From an uncultured Oscillospiraceae bacterium (lineage in GTDB: Bacteria; Bacillota; Clostridia; Oscillospirales; Ruminococcaceae), in NCBI GenBank assembly GCA_910587465.1, contig CAJUMS010000006.1, positions 1,822-65,821 of the forward strand: a stretch of DNA of 64,000 nt. The letters run 5' to 3'. The position numbers and the translations under genes are program-made. The notes beneath the pieces were generated by a model. It was not told where the DNA came from, did no database searches, and saw only the letters and a list, made by a program, of their open reading frames with translations. Shown piece by piece: positions 42,255-52,064 of the stretch (the stretch's first letter is position 1; every line of letters starts with the position of its first letter).

Positions 42255-43334
42255 TCAGCCGTTCTCTTCCTCGAACTTTTTCATGAACTCAACGAGCTTC
42301 TCAACGCCTTCGATAGGCATAGCGTTGTAGATAGAGGCTCTCATGCCGCCGACGGTTCTGTGACCCTTGAGGTTCTCAAGACCCGCAGCCTTTGCCTCCT
42401 TTACGAATTTCGCATCAAGCTCTTCGTTGCCGGTAACAAAAGGCACGTTCATCAGCGAACGATCCTCGGGGCGGACCGTGCCCTTGAACAGCTTGGACTG
42501 ATCGAGGAAATCGTACAGTATCTTGGCTTTCTTCTCGTTGTGAGCCTTCATAGCCTCGAGACCGCCCATCTTCTTGATCCACTTGAATACCTTGCCGCAG
42601 ATGTAGATACCATAGCAGGGAGGGGTGTTGTACAGGCTGTCGTTGTCTGCCTGAGTTTTCCACTTGAGCATGGTGGGAGTGCCGGGGAGAACGTCGTCGG
42701 TGATGAGATCCTCGCGGATTATCGCGATTACAACACCTGCAGGTCCGACGTTCTTCTGAACGCCGCCGTAGATAACGCCGTACTTGGTAACGTCAACAGG
42801 TTCGCTTAAAAAGCAGGAGGAAACGTCGGCAACGAGAGTTTTGCCTTTGGTATTAGGCAAAGCCGGGAACTTGGTACCGTAGATAGTATTGTTCTCGCAG
42901 ATGTAAACATAGTCCGCATCCTCGGGAATGTCAAGATCGGAGCAGTCGGGGATGTACGAGAAGGTCTTGTCCGCAGAGGAAGCAACCGCAACAGCCTCGC
43001 CGTAGATCTGAGCCTCCTGATAAGCCTTCTTCGCCCATTGACCCGTGATGATATACGCAGCCTTCTTGTTCTTCATCAGATTCATCGGAACAGCTGCGAA
43101 CTGCTGAGACGCGCCGCCCTGAAGGAACAGTACCTTGTAGTTGTCGGGAATGTTCATCAGGTCGCGGATATCTTTTTCTGCGGTCTTTATGATGTCATCA
43201 TATGCCTTGGAACGGTGGGACATCTCCATTACGGACATACCCGTGCCGTTGTAATCGAGCATTTCGTCCGCCGCCTCTTTCAATACTTCCTCGGGCAGGA
43301 CAGCGGGTCCCGCGCTGAAATTGTAAACTCTCAT
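42255..43334 (-). CDS. serC: Phosphoserine aminotransferase
   Basis: YNFSAGPAVLP, EMSHRS, QGGAS.QF, QKNVGPAG, NTPP, GHR.VGGMRASIYNA. Confidence 0.97.
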   Translation of the reverse strand: MRVYNFSAGPAVLPEEVLKEAADEMLDYNGTGMSVMEMSHRSKAYDDIIKTAEKDIRDLMNIPDNYKVLFLQGGASQQFAAVPMNLMKNKKAAYIITGQWAKKAYQEAQIYGEAVAVASSADKTFSYIPDCSDLDIPEDADYVYICENNTIYGTKFPALPNTKGKTLVADVSSCFLSEPVDVTKYGVIYGGVQKNVGPAGVVIAIIREDLITDDVLPGTPTMLKWKTQADNDSLYNTPPCYGIYICGKVFKWIKKMGGLEAMKAHNEKKAKILYDFLDQSKLFKGTVRPEDRSLMNVPFVTGNEELDAKFVKEAKAAGLENLKGHRTVGGMRASIYNAMPIEGVEKLVEFMKKFEEENG

Positions 43335-43511
43335 TGGATTTCCTCCTGTAAATTTTTACCAGTAAATTCGGGCTTTAATACAGCCCACTGGTTCTATTAT
43401 ATGACATTTTGCGCAATATGTCAAGATATAAATAGGGGTTATGCGAAAAAATTTGTGATTTTTTTGGCAATCAAAAACGCGCTTCGGTTGCTCGAAACGC
43501 GTTAATAATTT

Positions 43512-43895
43512 TTATTCGTAGAGCAGATCGTCAATACGAGAGGTCAGATCATCAAAGCTAGGGTTTTCGGAGAGCCTTTGAGTGTACTCGGCGATATTCG
43601 CGTCATACGATTTTATCATCTCCGTGTCAAGCTCCGAGGGATTTCTTTTTGATGCGAGCTTATCTCTTTGCTTTTGGAGCTCCTCAAGCAACATCGTATC
43701 AAGAACTATACCGTTCATCTCATTTTCCAATTCCTCGTATAGGCGTCTCTCCTCCGCGGTCAATAAACGGGGTTTTCTCGTGTCCTCGGGAACCCCTATC
43801 CCGTCCTTGCCCTGAAAATAAGCGATCCCCGCGCAAATTCCAATAAACGCCAGTGCCGCTATTCCCGTGATGATTGCTGTTTTGATTTTTTTCAT
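43512..43895 (-). CDS. Secreted/membrane-anchored hypothetical protein
   Basis: N-terminal hydrophobic segment and a helical body. Confidence 0.65.
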   Translation of the reverse strand: MKKIKTAIITGIAALAFIGICAGIAYFQGKDGIGVPEDTRKPRLLTAEERRLYEELENEMNGIVLDTMLLEELQKQRDKLASKRNPSELDTEMIKSYDANIAEYTQRLSENPSFDDLTSRIDDLLYE

Positions 43896-43961
43896 AATGC
43901 GCCCCCTAACGACATTAAAATACCTGTGTGGGATATGACGGACAAATAGGCGATAAAGTAG

Positions 43962-44344
43962 TCACTTTTTGTCCCTCCAATCCATATATATCAATATAAT
44001 CAACATATGCAAAAGCCGGCGTGTAGACGGATCTATAAACAACTTTACTGCATTCTCATTACTGCTATATCCACTGGGTGTAGCTACTATTCTATCATTA
44101 TAGGAAATAATGTTTGGATGCGTCGCTCCATTCTTATATGTAAATACAGGCAAAGAACCTTGAGCTGCGATTTCGCACCTTGTGGAAATAAATGTCATCT
44201 GTTGGCTGCTTTCGGGCTGTCCTCTTTTTTTACAAATTTAAATTTCACTGTGGTTGAGTATGAAACCATATAGGAAGCCTCAACTATTGGCAAAGACACA
44301 GCCAACATAATTGCGCTCAGCATACTGCTGATAATCCTTTTCAT
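43962..44344 (-). pseudogene. AT-rich fragmented secreted-protein gene
   Basis: MKRIISSMLSAIMLAVSLPIVEA signal-like start that stops after about 50 codons; a different frame (43962..44198) continues. Confidence 0.4.
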
Positions 44345-44700
44345 AATAATTAATCCTACGTAAAAATAAATTTATAGATAAACCCTATTATTAATATTAT
44401 ACTCCACCGGTTTGCAAATTACAATAGAATTTTATAACAATTTTAGGTTGATGCTTTTAGTATATTATAACAATGTGAGCTTAATCTTCCAAGAAACAAA
44501 AACGAATCTTATTAGGTTAAAAATTGATAATGCTAAGTAAAAAAATATTGGATTATTTAAAACAGAAAGTCCTCATTAGTGGTTCTCTGCTTTAAATGTC
44601 CGCATTTTACCGCCGTTTACCGTTTTATGCTATTGACAATACAAGCCGCCGTATGTTAAAATAAGTATATAAAATGAGATTATTAAAGCGGGGAGATATT

Positions 44701-46404
44701 ATGACAACCCTTATTCTGCTTGTGGCGGTGGTGCTGATATTATGTGTGTTTTCCGACAGGCTGTCGGGAAAGATCGGCGTGCCTGCCCTGCTGATCTTTA
44801 TCGGGATAGGCATATTTTTCGGGTGCGACGGACCTGTTAAAATTCCGTTTGAGAATTACGAGTTCGCCTCGTATGTCTGCGATACCGCGCTGATCGTCAT
44901 TATGTTTACGGGCGGCTTCTCGATGAACTGGAAGTCCGCAAAGCCCGTGATTATAAAGGCGGGACTGCTGTCGACGCTGGGTGTTGGGGTCACGGCGGGA
45001 GTCACCTGCCTGTTTTGCCGTTTCGTGCTGAATTTCGGGTTTGCGGAGAGCTTGCTGCTCGGCTCGGTGATAAGCTCTACGGATGCGGCCTCGGTGTTCT
45101 CGGTGCTTCGTTCAAAAAAGCTGAACCTTAAAAACGGGCTCGCTCCGCTGCTTGAGGCGGAGAGCGGCAGTAACGACCCGTTTTCGTATATGCTGACGAT
45201 CATTTCGCTGTCGCTTTTAACTGACGACAGTTCTACGCCGATCCTGCTCCTTATTCTTTCGCAGCTGGCTTTCGGCGTGATCTTCGGCGGGCTGACGGGA
45301 ATTCTCGGCGCGTTTATCTCCAAGAGATATAAGGCGCAGACGGAGGGCTTTGAATGTATACTGTTCCTCGCGTTTGCGCTGTTCGCTTACGGGCTGTCAT
45401 CAATGCTCGGCGGAAACGGCTACCTGAGCGTGTACATAGCGGGTATCATTATCGGTAACGCGAAGTCGCCCAAGCAGGACTATCACGGAAAGTCGCCGAT
45501 ACTGAGGTTTATTAACAATGTACTCGGCATTACGCTGAACGGCAAGGGCAAGGGCATTGCCCCCTCGGAGGCGGTCGTGTTTCTGAACGGCGTGACGGGT
45601 ATATGTCAGATCGCGGTATTTTTCCTGCTGGGTCTGCTCTCTACGCCCTCGCAGTTCGGGGAGAGCATTATGTTTGCTGTGCCGATCTACATTTGTCTGA
45701 CTTTGCTGTCGCGACCTGTTGCTGTGGCGATATTCGGGGGTAAGTCGCCTGTTGCCGACAGACTGTTCATTTCGCTTGCGGGACTGCGCGGAGCGTCGTC
45801 GATCGTTTTCGCTATTCTCGCGATTGTGAGCGGCGTTCAGACCGAGCACAATATCTTCAATATAGTTTTCTGCATATGTCTGCTGTCGATGCTGATACAA
45901 GGCTCGCTGCTCCCGACGGCGGCTAAAAAGCTCGATCTGATCGACGATGAAAGCGACGTTCTCAAAACGTTCAATGATTACCGTGAGGATGATCTCATGA
46001 CGATGATGAGAATGTTTATTCCCGAAAAGCACAGCTGGGAGGGCAAGAAATTGAGCGAGATCACGCTCCCCACGGGTTCGCTCGCGGTCATGATACGGCG
46101 CGGCAAGGAGACCTTGATTCCGCGCGGAGATACGGTCATCGAGGCGAACGACAGTGTTATACTTTCCGTGCCGCCATATAAGAGCGACCGTATCGACAAG
46201 AGCCTTAAGCTCCGTGAGATACCGATAAACTCGCGGCACATCTGGAGCAACTCGCAGATACGCGATCTGAAGCTTCCCAAGCGCCTGCTTATCGTAATGA
46301 TAAAGCGAGGAGAGGAGAGCATTATTCCCTCGGGCGCTACTACGATACTCAACGGAGATGTCGTGGTGGTGACGGATACCGAGGAGGCTGTTCAGAAGGT
46401 ATAA
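44701..46404 (+). CDS. K+/H+ antiporter (NhaP2/CvrA-like) with two TrkA-C domains
   Basis: SSTDAASVFSVLR, LEAESGSNDP, GLRGASSIVFA, two RG...IP.G.T repeats. Confidence 0.92.
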   Translation: MTTLILLVAVVLILCVFSDRLSGKIGVPALLIFIGIGIFFGCDGPVKIPFENYEFASYVCDTALIVIMFTGGFSMNWKSAKPVIIKAGLLSTLGVGVTAGVTCLFCRFVLNFGFAESLLLGSVISSTDAASVFSVLRSKKLNLKNGLAPLLEAESGSNDPFSYMLTIISLSLLTDDSSTPILLLILSQLAFGVIFGGLTGILGAFISKRYKAQTEGFECILFLAFALFAYGLSSMLGGNGYLSVYIAGIIIGNAKSPKQDYHGKSPILRFINNVLGITLNGKGKGIAPSEAVVFLNGVTGICQIAVFFLLGLLSTPSQFGESIMFAVPIYICLTLLSRPVAVAIFGGKSPVADRLFISLAGLRGASSIVFAILAIVSGVQTEHNIFNIVFCICLLSMLIQGSLLPTAAKKLDLIDDESDVLKTFNDYREDDLMTMMRMFIPEKHSWEGKKLSEITLPTGSLAVMIRRGKETLIPRGDTVIEANDSVILSVPPYKSDRIDKSLKLREIPINSRHIWSNSQIRDLKLPKRLLIVMIKRGEESIIPSGATTILNGDVVVVTDTEEAVQKV

Positions 46405-46453
46405 TGAACACAAAAGATCCCGCTGCCGGAGCAGCGGGACTTTGTTTGTTATG

Positions 46454-49429
46454 TTACGCCTGAGACTGAACTGCCTTTTCAAATTTCTCGACCGCAACAG
46501 CATACGCTTTAACGGATTTTCTGAGATTTCTCAGGATGGCTACGTTGTAGGAACCGCCCGAGTAAGTGTCAAGAAGCTGATAGAAGTCATCATACGCTTT
46601 ATTGTATGTGGTTTCGCACTCATTGTACAGCGCGTTGACGGCGGGATCGCTCTCCACCTTTGCGTAGACATCGTCGTTATAGATCAACGTAAGGTAACGG
46701 TCGTCATATTCCATAAGAACTTCAATAAGATCGTCGTCCGTCATTTTATCATAATCCAGACTCTCGGCGGTTGAACTTCCCGAGGGAGTTGTGGGATTTG
46801 TCGGGGCCGTGGAGGATGTTGTTGAGGAGGACGGTACCTTTGCCTCGTAATCCTTCTTTAGAGCGTCTGCCTGAGAGCGGAGCGTGTTGTAGCGGTTTTT
46901 AAAGGTCTGGAAGTCCGCTGTGCTCACCTGAGTGCCCTTTGCGTTCATTTCATTGTAAAGCGTGTACAGATCGTTCGTAAGCTCGCTTGTGCGGTTGCTG
47001 AGAGCGGTGTCGCTGACATTATAGGTGGTTCTGTACTGGCTGATTTCGAGCATAGTATTGCTGATATCCGCGCCAAGGGTAAGAACGTCGTCATAGGGAA
47101 CGGTGTCCGCAGAGCCCAAGCCGTCGCCAAGCATTACCACTTCGTCAAGAATTCCACTCTCCTTGATGATATCGCCGAAGGGACCGTCCGCAAGCTCCGT
47201 GAGCTTTTCGCCCGCAGTCTTTACGTACTCTTCAAGTTTCTTTACCGTCGCGTCGTCGGGCTGTTCCTGCATATCGCCGAGGTCGATAACGTCGGACGGG
47301 ATAGCAAGATCCGCGTCGCTGTTCTCGGCAGTCACTGTCGAGTTGAAGGATATACTTCCGAGATTTCCAAGCTCAAATCCAACTGAGCTTTCCATTGTGT
47401 TCTGACCGTCAACGGAATTGCTGAACGTGAGCTTTATGTTGGAGAGATTTCCGATCTCGGCGGGAACATCGTCGGTAAAGTCCGCGGGTAGTTCAATGCC
47501 GAACGTGTATTTGCCGACAAACGTATCGTTGCCGCAGAACTTAGCGGTATCCGCGTCGGCGTAGGTCATCTTTACCGTGAACGAGCCCTCGTTGCCGTCG
47601 GTGCATTTAATGGTAACGGTGCCCTCCTTCTCACTTGTGATATCGTGAACCAGCGAAACTACTGTCTTGCCGCTTTCGGATACCTCAAGAGTGAACTGCT
47701 CCTTGCTGTCTACATATGTGAGCTTAACGTTCTCTTCGCCGTCGACGGCCTTGAAGGACTTCGCGAGAACATTGCCGTTGTTGTCGACCACTGTGTTGAT
47801 GATCAACTTTTCGGAATCTTCCATGTCAAAATTGAGCTCTTCAAGAAGAGAATCTCTGTATTCCTCCTTGGTGATGTCCGCGCCGCACTCGTTTGCGAAA
47901 TCAACGAGCTTGGTGGTGAAATACTCATCGTTTGCAAAATGCTCGATAAGCTTGTTGAAGATGTCGGACAGAGCGTCACCGCTGAATTCCGCGGTGATAA
48001 GCTTGCCCGTTGCGGTGAGACCCGCCGCAGAAAGCTCGCCGTTCTCCATTTCGATAGCGCTTTCCTTATACTCGGCAAGGTATATCTCAACCAACTCGCC
48101 GATAAGGCGCTCGATCTCCTTTTCGTCAAGCTCAAGCGGCTTGATTTCCTCTCTCGGAGCGGAGGTTGCCGTTGTCGGGAGCTTTACCTTCAAGCCCTGA
48201 TCGGAGATGAAAGGGAGCACCAGATAAACATCGCCGTCCTTGGTGAATACGGTCTTGGCGTTGATGACGGACGATCCGCTTTCGGCGCCCATAGACGCCG
48301 CGAGCTTATCCTCGGAGGAGGTCACGCTTGTCGTGAAAGTCATACCGTTGATGAGCTTGATTATCTCGTCGGTCTCCGAACCGAGCATATTCTTTATGTT
48401 GTCGGAGAGGTCGATATTCATACCAAGCGTTGCGTTTACGGAATTTACGCCGTATGTATTCATCATCAGCTCATAGTACGAGGTGATGATAGCCTCAAGG
48501 TCAACGCCCTCGTCGAACGCAGAGCCTGAAGTAAGCGACATCATGGGAGACGCGCCGTGAGGCGTCTGTATAGACGTTGTGCTGCTCATGCCCAAAATGT
48601 CATCAATTGCGTCGTAGTCGTTATTGACAGCCGCCATTGCGGAAACAACGCTCGAAGCGGACTTTATGCCGTTGGACACAGCGGGAAGATCCAGCTTTTC
48701 GGTCGCCGCCTTTATCGAGTTACCCTCGACCATCGTCGCGTAGCCGGGCTTGCCCATTATAAGGCTGAGCGCCGTCGCCTTGTTGGTGAAGAAGAATATC
48801 GCCGCCGCGGCAACGAGGACTGCGACAGCCGCCGCGATTATGATGCCGACCTTTGCGCCCGATTTTTTCTTGATAGGCGTAGCCACGACTGCCGCCGCGC
48901 CCATATCGCCGAACGGATTATCGTTCGCGCTGCCGAAGGGTGACGCGGGCGTTACGGGAGACTCGGGGATAAACGCAGGTGCGGGTGCCGCCGAGGAATA
49001 ATCTGAGCCGCCAAATCCCGACGAAAAGCCGGAACCCGTATCGTTGGAGGGTCTGGGAACATCATTAGAGGGAGTGGGGACGAATGTGGAGGGGGAAGGC
49101 GCGGACGCGGTATTCATAGCCGCGACGAGATTATCGGAAGCTCTCGGCTTGTCAAGCGATACCGCCGACATAGTGCCGCCGCCAAATACAGCGCCGTTGT
49201 TCTGATTGGGCTTGATGTCACCGACGCCCGCTGTGGGAGCTCCGCAGACCGCGCAGAATTTCGCGCCCTGTCTAAGCTCAAGACCGCATTTTCCGCAGAA
49301 GTTCTTCTTTTCGGGCTCGGGCGGAGCGGCAGCGGGCTTCACGTCCGAAGCGGTGCCGCAAGCGTTTCCGCACACGGGGCAGAACTTTGCGCCGTTCGGT
49401 ACTTCGCTGTTACATTTTGTACAATTCAT
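46454..49429 (-). CDS. Large membrane protein: two zinc ribbons, Pro/Ser linker, one TM, large extracellular part
   Basis: CTKC..CPVC and CGKC..CAVC; KKKSG followed by a hydrophobic helix; ATG at 49429. Confidence 0.8.
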   Translation of the reverse strand: MNCTKCNSEVPNGAKFCPVCGNACGTASDVKPAAAPPEPEKKNFCGKCGLELRQGAKFCAVCGAPTAGVGDIKPNQNNGAVFGGGTMSAVSLDKPRASDNLVAAMNTASAPSPSTFVPTPSNDVPRPSNDTGSGFSSGFGGSDYSSAAPAPAFIPESPVTPASPFGSANDNPFGDMGAAAVVATPIKKKSGAKVGIIIAAAVAVLVAAAAIFFFTNKATALSLIMGKPGYATMVEGNSIKAATEKLDLPAVSNGIKSASSVVSAMAAVNNDYDAIDDILGMSSTTSIQTPHGASPMMSLTSGSAFDEGVDLEAIITSYYELMMNTYGVNSVNATLGMNIDLSDNIKNMLGSETDEIIKLINGMTFTTSVTSSEDKLAASMGAESGSSVINAKTVFTKDGDVYLVLPFISDQGLKVKLPTTATSAPREEIKPLELDEKEIERLIGELVEIYLAEYKESAIEMENGELSAAGLTATGKLITAEFSGDALSDIFNKLIEHFANDEYFTTKLVDFANECGADITKEEYRDSLLEELNFDMEDSEKLIINTVVDNNGNVLAKSFKAVDGEENVKLTYVDSKEQFTLEVSESGKTVVSLVHDITSEKEGTVTIKCTDGNEGSFTVKMTYADADTAKFCGNDTFVGKYTFGIELPADFTDDVPAEIGNLSNIKLTFSNSVDGQNTMESSVGFELGNLGSISFNSTVTAENSDADLAIPSDVIDLGDMQEQPDDATVKKLEEYVKTAGEKLTELADGPFGDIIKESGILDEVVMLGDGLGSADTVPYDDVLTLGADISNTMLEISQYRTTYNVSDTALSNRTSELTNDLYTLYNEMNAKGTQVSTADFQTFKNRYNTLRSQADALKKDYEAKVPSSSTTSSTAPTNPTTPSGSSTAESLDYDKMTDDDLIEVLMEYDDRYLTLIYNDDVYAKVESDPAVNALYNECETTYNKAYDDFYQLLDTYSGGSYNVAILRNLRKSVKAYAVAVEKFEKAVQSQA

Positions 49430-49703
49430 ATTTTGATCCTTTCGTAATTGGGCACACAGCCCGACCAAGCAAACCGGTAAATACGGTTAGCTATTTTTAT
49501 TATATATTTTTTTGACCGTTTCGTCAATATCGCGCGTAACAAATTTATACCTTAAAAATTAGTCCTTTTGTACAATTTGCAACAAACGGGTATTATCCTT
49601 ATATTATTAACACGATTTACCATGGGAAAAGGTTGCATTTGCAAGATAAATTCTCTAAGACAAAATCAAGCCCCCCGCGGTGGGAGGCTTGACAACTGTT
49701 TTT

Positions 49704-50771
49704 TTATCCGTTGCCCTCGGAGAGCACATAAACGTCAACATAGACCGCGCCCCAGTTGCAGCAATCCTCATATGTATTCATATAAAGATCTACAAGCGCG
49801 TGACCGTTCAAAAGCGCGGAGCCCGTGTCGCCTGCTACCGCGTAGCCGTAAACAAGACTGCCGTCCTGCGATACTATGTAAAGCTCGCTTCCGTAGGGGA
49901 TAACGTTCGGATTTACTGCGACGACGCCTACCTGTGCGCGGCGTCCGCTTGCCGTACCTGCGCCCTCATAGGCGGTGTAGGCAGTTGACCTGCCCGAAAG
50001 CACTCTTGTGTAGTTCGCGGGAATGCCGTTTACCAGCGCGGTATTGCTCGGACTGTATATTTCGGAGGTGGGGTGAGCCGTCACCGCGCCGCGCTCAATG
50101 ACCATCGTCACGGGCTCTTTGGTGATCTCCTCGCCAAGCTCCTCGGTATCTGCGTATTCGCCGTCAATGTATGTATCGCGGTAATACGTTGTTCTTACGC
50201 CGTTCTCGCCGTATACCAGCACATTCTCGTATCCGAGGGTGTGCTCGGTGGTGTCGACATATTCAACATCATATTCGATTTCGGTTTCTTCTTGTCTGTC
50301 CTCGTAATCGTAGCGGGTGATGTTGATCTCCATGTCGGGGAACAGCTCTTCGGAGAACTCGCGGTCTATGATATCGTCCTCGTCAAGGTTCACATCAAGA
50401 GCGCTGAGCGCGTCGGATACGTCGCCGCCGACCGTCGCGTAGGACTGCGTTTCGCCGTCGGCGGTCACGCTGACCTCAAACGCGCGGTAGATCGTGATGT
50501 GTCCTTCGTTGTTTGTACCTCTTGTATAGCTTACGCGGTCATTGACGCCGAGTTCATAATTCTCTGTGCGGAGAATGGAATATGCGTCCAATTCGTTAGT
50601 CTGTATCGTTCTTGTCTGACCTTCGTCGGTGATATGAACGCTGTTGCCCGGGTCGACAGAGCCTGTCATAAGCGCGAGCGACACGAGTATCGCGGATAAT
50701 ATTCCGAGCTTAACTAGCTTGCTCCTGAAAAGCAGCTTATTCATTTTTGCATTAACTATCTGTGGTTTCAT
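49704..50771 (-). CDS. YabE-like cell-wall protein (DUF348/G5/3D domains)
   Basis: G5-like G.NG....Y, and 3D-domain motifs TAY, TASG, VAVNP.VIP.GS, A.DTG, VDLY. Confidence 0.88.
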   Translation of the reverse strand: MKPQIVNAKMNKLLFRSKLVKLGILSAILVSLALMTGSVDPGNSVHITDEGQTRTIQTNELDAYSILRTENYELGVNDRVSYTRGTNNEGHITIYRAFEVSVTADGETQSYATVGGDVSDALSALDVNLDEDDIIDREFSEELFPDMEINITRYDYEDRQEETEIEYDVEYVDTTEHTLGYENVLVYGENGVRTTYYRDTYIDGEYADTEELGEEITKEPVTMVIERGAVTAHPTSEIYSPSNTALVNGIPANYTRVLSGRSTAYTAYEGAGTASGRRAQVGVVAVNPNVIPYGSELYIVSQDGSLVYGYAVAGDTGSALLNGHALVDLYMNTYEDCCNWGAVYVDVYVLSEGNG

Positions 50772-50807
50772 ATTGCCTCCTGTAACAGCCGTGGACAGGT
50801 CCTAATG

Positions 50808-50835
50808 GTTACAAATTTGTAACAATTTCTTTACA
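50808..50835 (-). promoter_or_regulatory. Triple WalR-type direct repeat
   Basis: TGTAAA-N5-TGTTAC-N5-TGTAAC on the minus strand. Confidence 0.65.
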
Positions 50836-50876
50836 AATTGCCGTACCTATCCATGCCCTTTGCCAAGGTTAATGCC

Positions 50877-50905
50877 ATTATAGCGTTTTTTTTCGTAAAT
50901 GTCAA
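50877..50905 (-). promoter_or_regulatory. SigA promoter of the 3D-domain gene
   Basis: TTGACA-17-TATAAT. Confidence 0.8.
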
Positions 50906-50950
50906 ACATAAACAATCGGTTAATTTTGTGAATATTTCACAAAAATGATT

Positions 50951-50967
50951 TGTAACCAATTTGTAAC
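50951..50967 (+). promoter_or_regulatory. WalR-type box
   Basis: TGTAAC-CAATT-TGTAAC matches TGTWAH-N5-TGTWAH. Confidence 0.65.
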
Positions 50968-51216
50968 CTTTTGAAAAAACAAGCGGAAAAACTCGTTTTT
51001 TTAAAAAAACAAAAAAACTTATCGTTAAATTAACTAAAAAGCCGCATTGGTGAGTTTTTGGGTATATGCAACAAAAAATTCCCCTCATTTGAGCAAATAA
51101 ATTGTGCAGTTATTACAGTCGGTTGTATGGCTGCTCCTCTGATCTCAATATATTGTATAACAAAAAGCGCTATCCAAACGGACAGCGCTCTCTTTGTCTG
51201 TTAAATGCGAATTATA

Positions 51217-51447
51217 TCAGCCTACAACGTAGTCCTTGATTTCGTCGAGGAAATCGCCGCAGTCGTCACTATGGATCTTCAGCTCGAGATCCTTAGAGAG
51301 GTCAAGGCTGAAAATACCCATGATGGACTTTGCGTCAATAGCATATCTGCCGCTGATAATGTCAACATCGTAATCGCATCTTGTAACGATGGAAACGAAA
51401 TTCTTTACGTCGTCGATCGTATTTATGCGGATCTTTGCAGTTGTCAT
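51217..51447 (-). CDS. HPr-like protein lacking the His15 motif
   Basis: DAKSIMGIFSL Ser46-type motif; no GLHARP. Confidence 0.85.
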   Translation of the reverse strand: MTTAKIRINTIDDVKNFVSIVTRCDYDVDIISGRYAIDAKSIMGIFSLDLSKDLELKIHSDDCGDFLDEIKDYVVG

Positions 51448-51601
51448 AACAATTACTTCCTTTCGTCGTGTGGGGATATCCCAGAAATTACCTGTGGTCT
51501 AATACTACTATAACACAAACGCGCCCGCTTTGTCAAGAGGATTTTTGACGAATTTGGTAGCGGTGCGGAACGATTATCGGTATAAAATGCCGATTATATT
51601 C

Positions 51602-51838
51602 TTATTCCGCGATAAACTGTTTGATGCCGTCAAGGAAGTCGTCCGCCTTTTCGCCGTCATCGTGAACTACCAGCGTCAGCGTTTTTGTAAGGTCAAGGCT
51701 GAATATGCCCATGATTGACTTCGCGTCTACGGCGTATCTTCCCGAGAGAAGATCGACGTCGAAAACGCATCTGTTCGCCAGCGCCACAAACTCCTTTACA
51801 TCATCGATTGAATTTAAAATTACCTTGCTTTCTTTCAT
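51602..51838 (-). CDS. HPr-like protein lacking the His15 motif (paralogue)
   Basis: SGRYAVDAKSIMGIFSLDL; no GLHARP. Confidence 0.85.
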   Translation of the reverse strand: MKESKVILNSIDDVKEFVALANRCVFDVDLLSGRYAVDAKSIMGIFSLDLTKTLTLVVHDDGEKADDFLDGIKQFIAE

Positions 51839-52064
51839 AAAATCGCCGCCTTTCTTTGTTTATATGTTCTGTATATGTGTATAAGAGGGGAGGTATTTGC
51901 TCCCTCTGTAAAATAATATAACAATAAACGTAAAAATAGTCAATAGCTTATTGCAAAATTCGTAAGTTTAAAGTATAATATAATAGTAGGGAAAAAATTG
52001 TTTGGTGGTTTTGTATAAATTTTGTGTGAAACTTTTTGCTATATTGCTGTCTTAAGGGGGAAAT

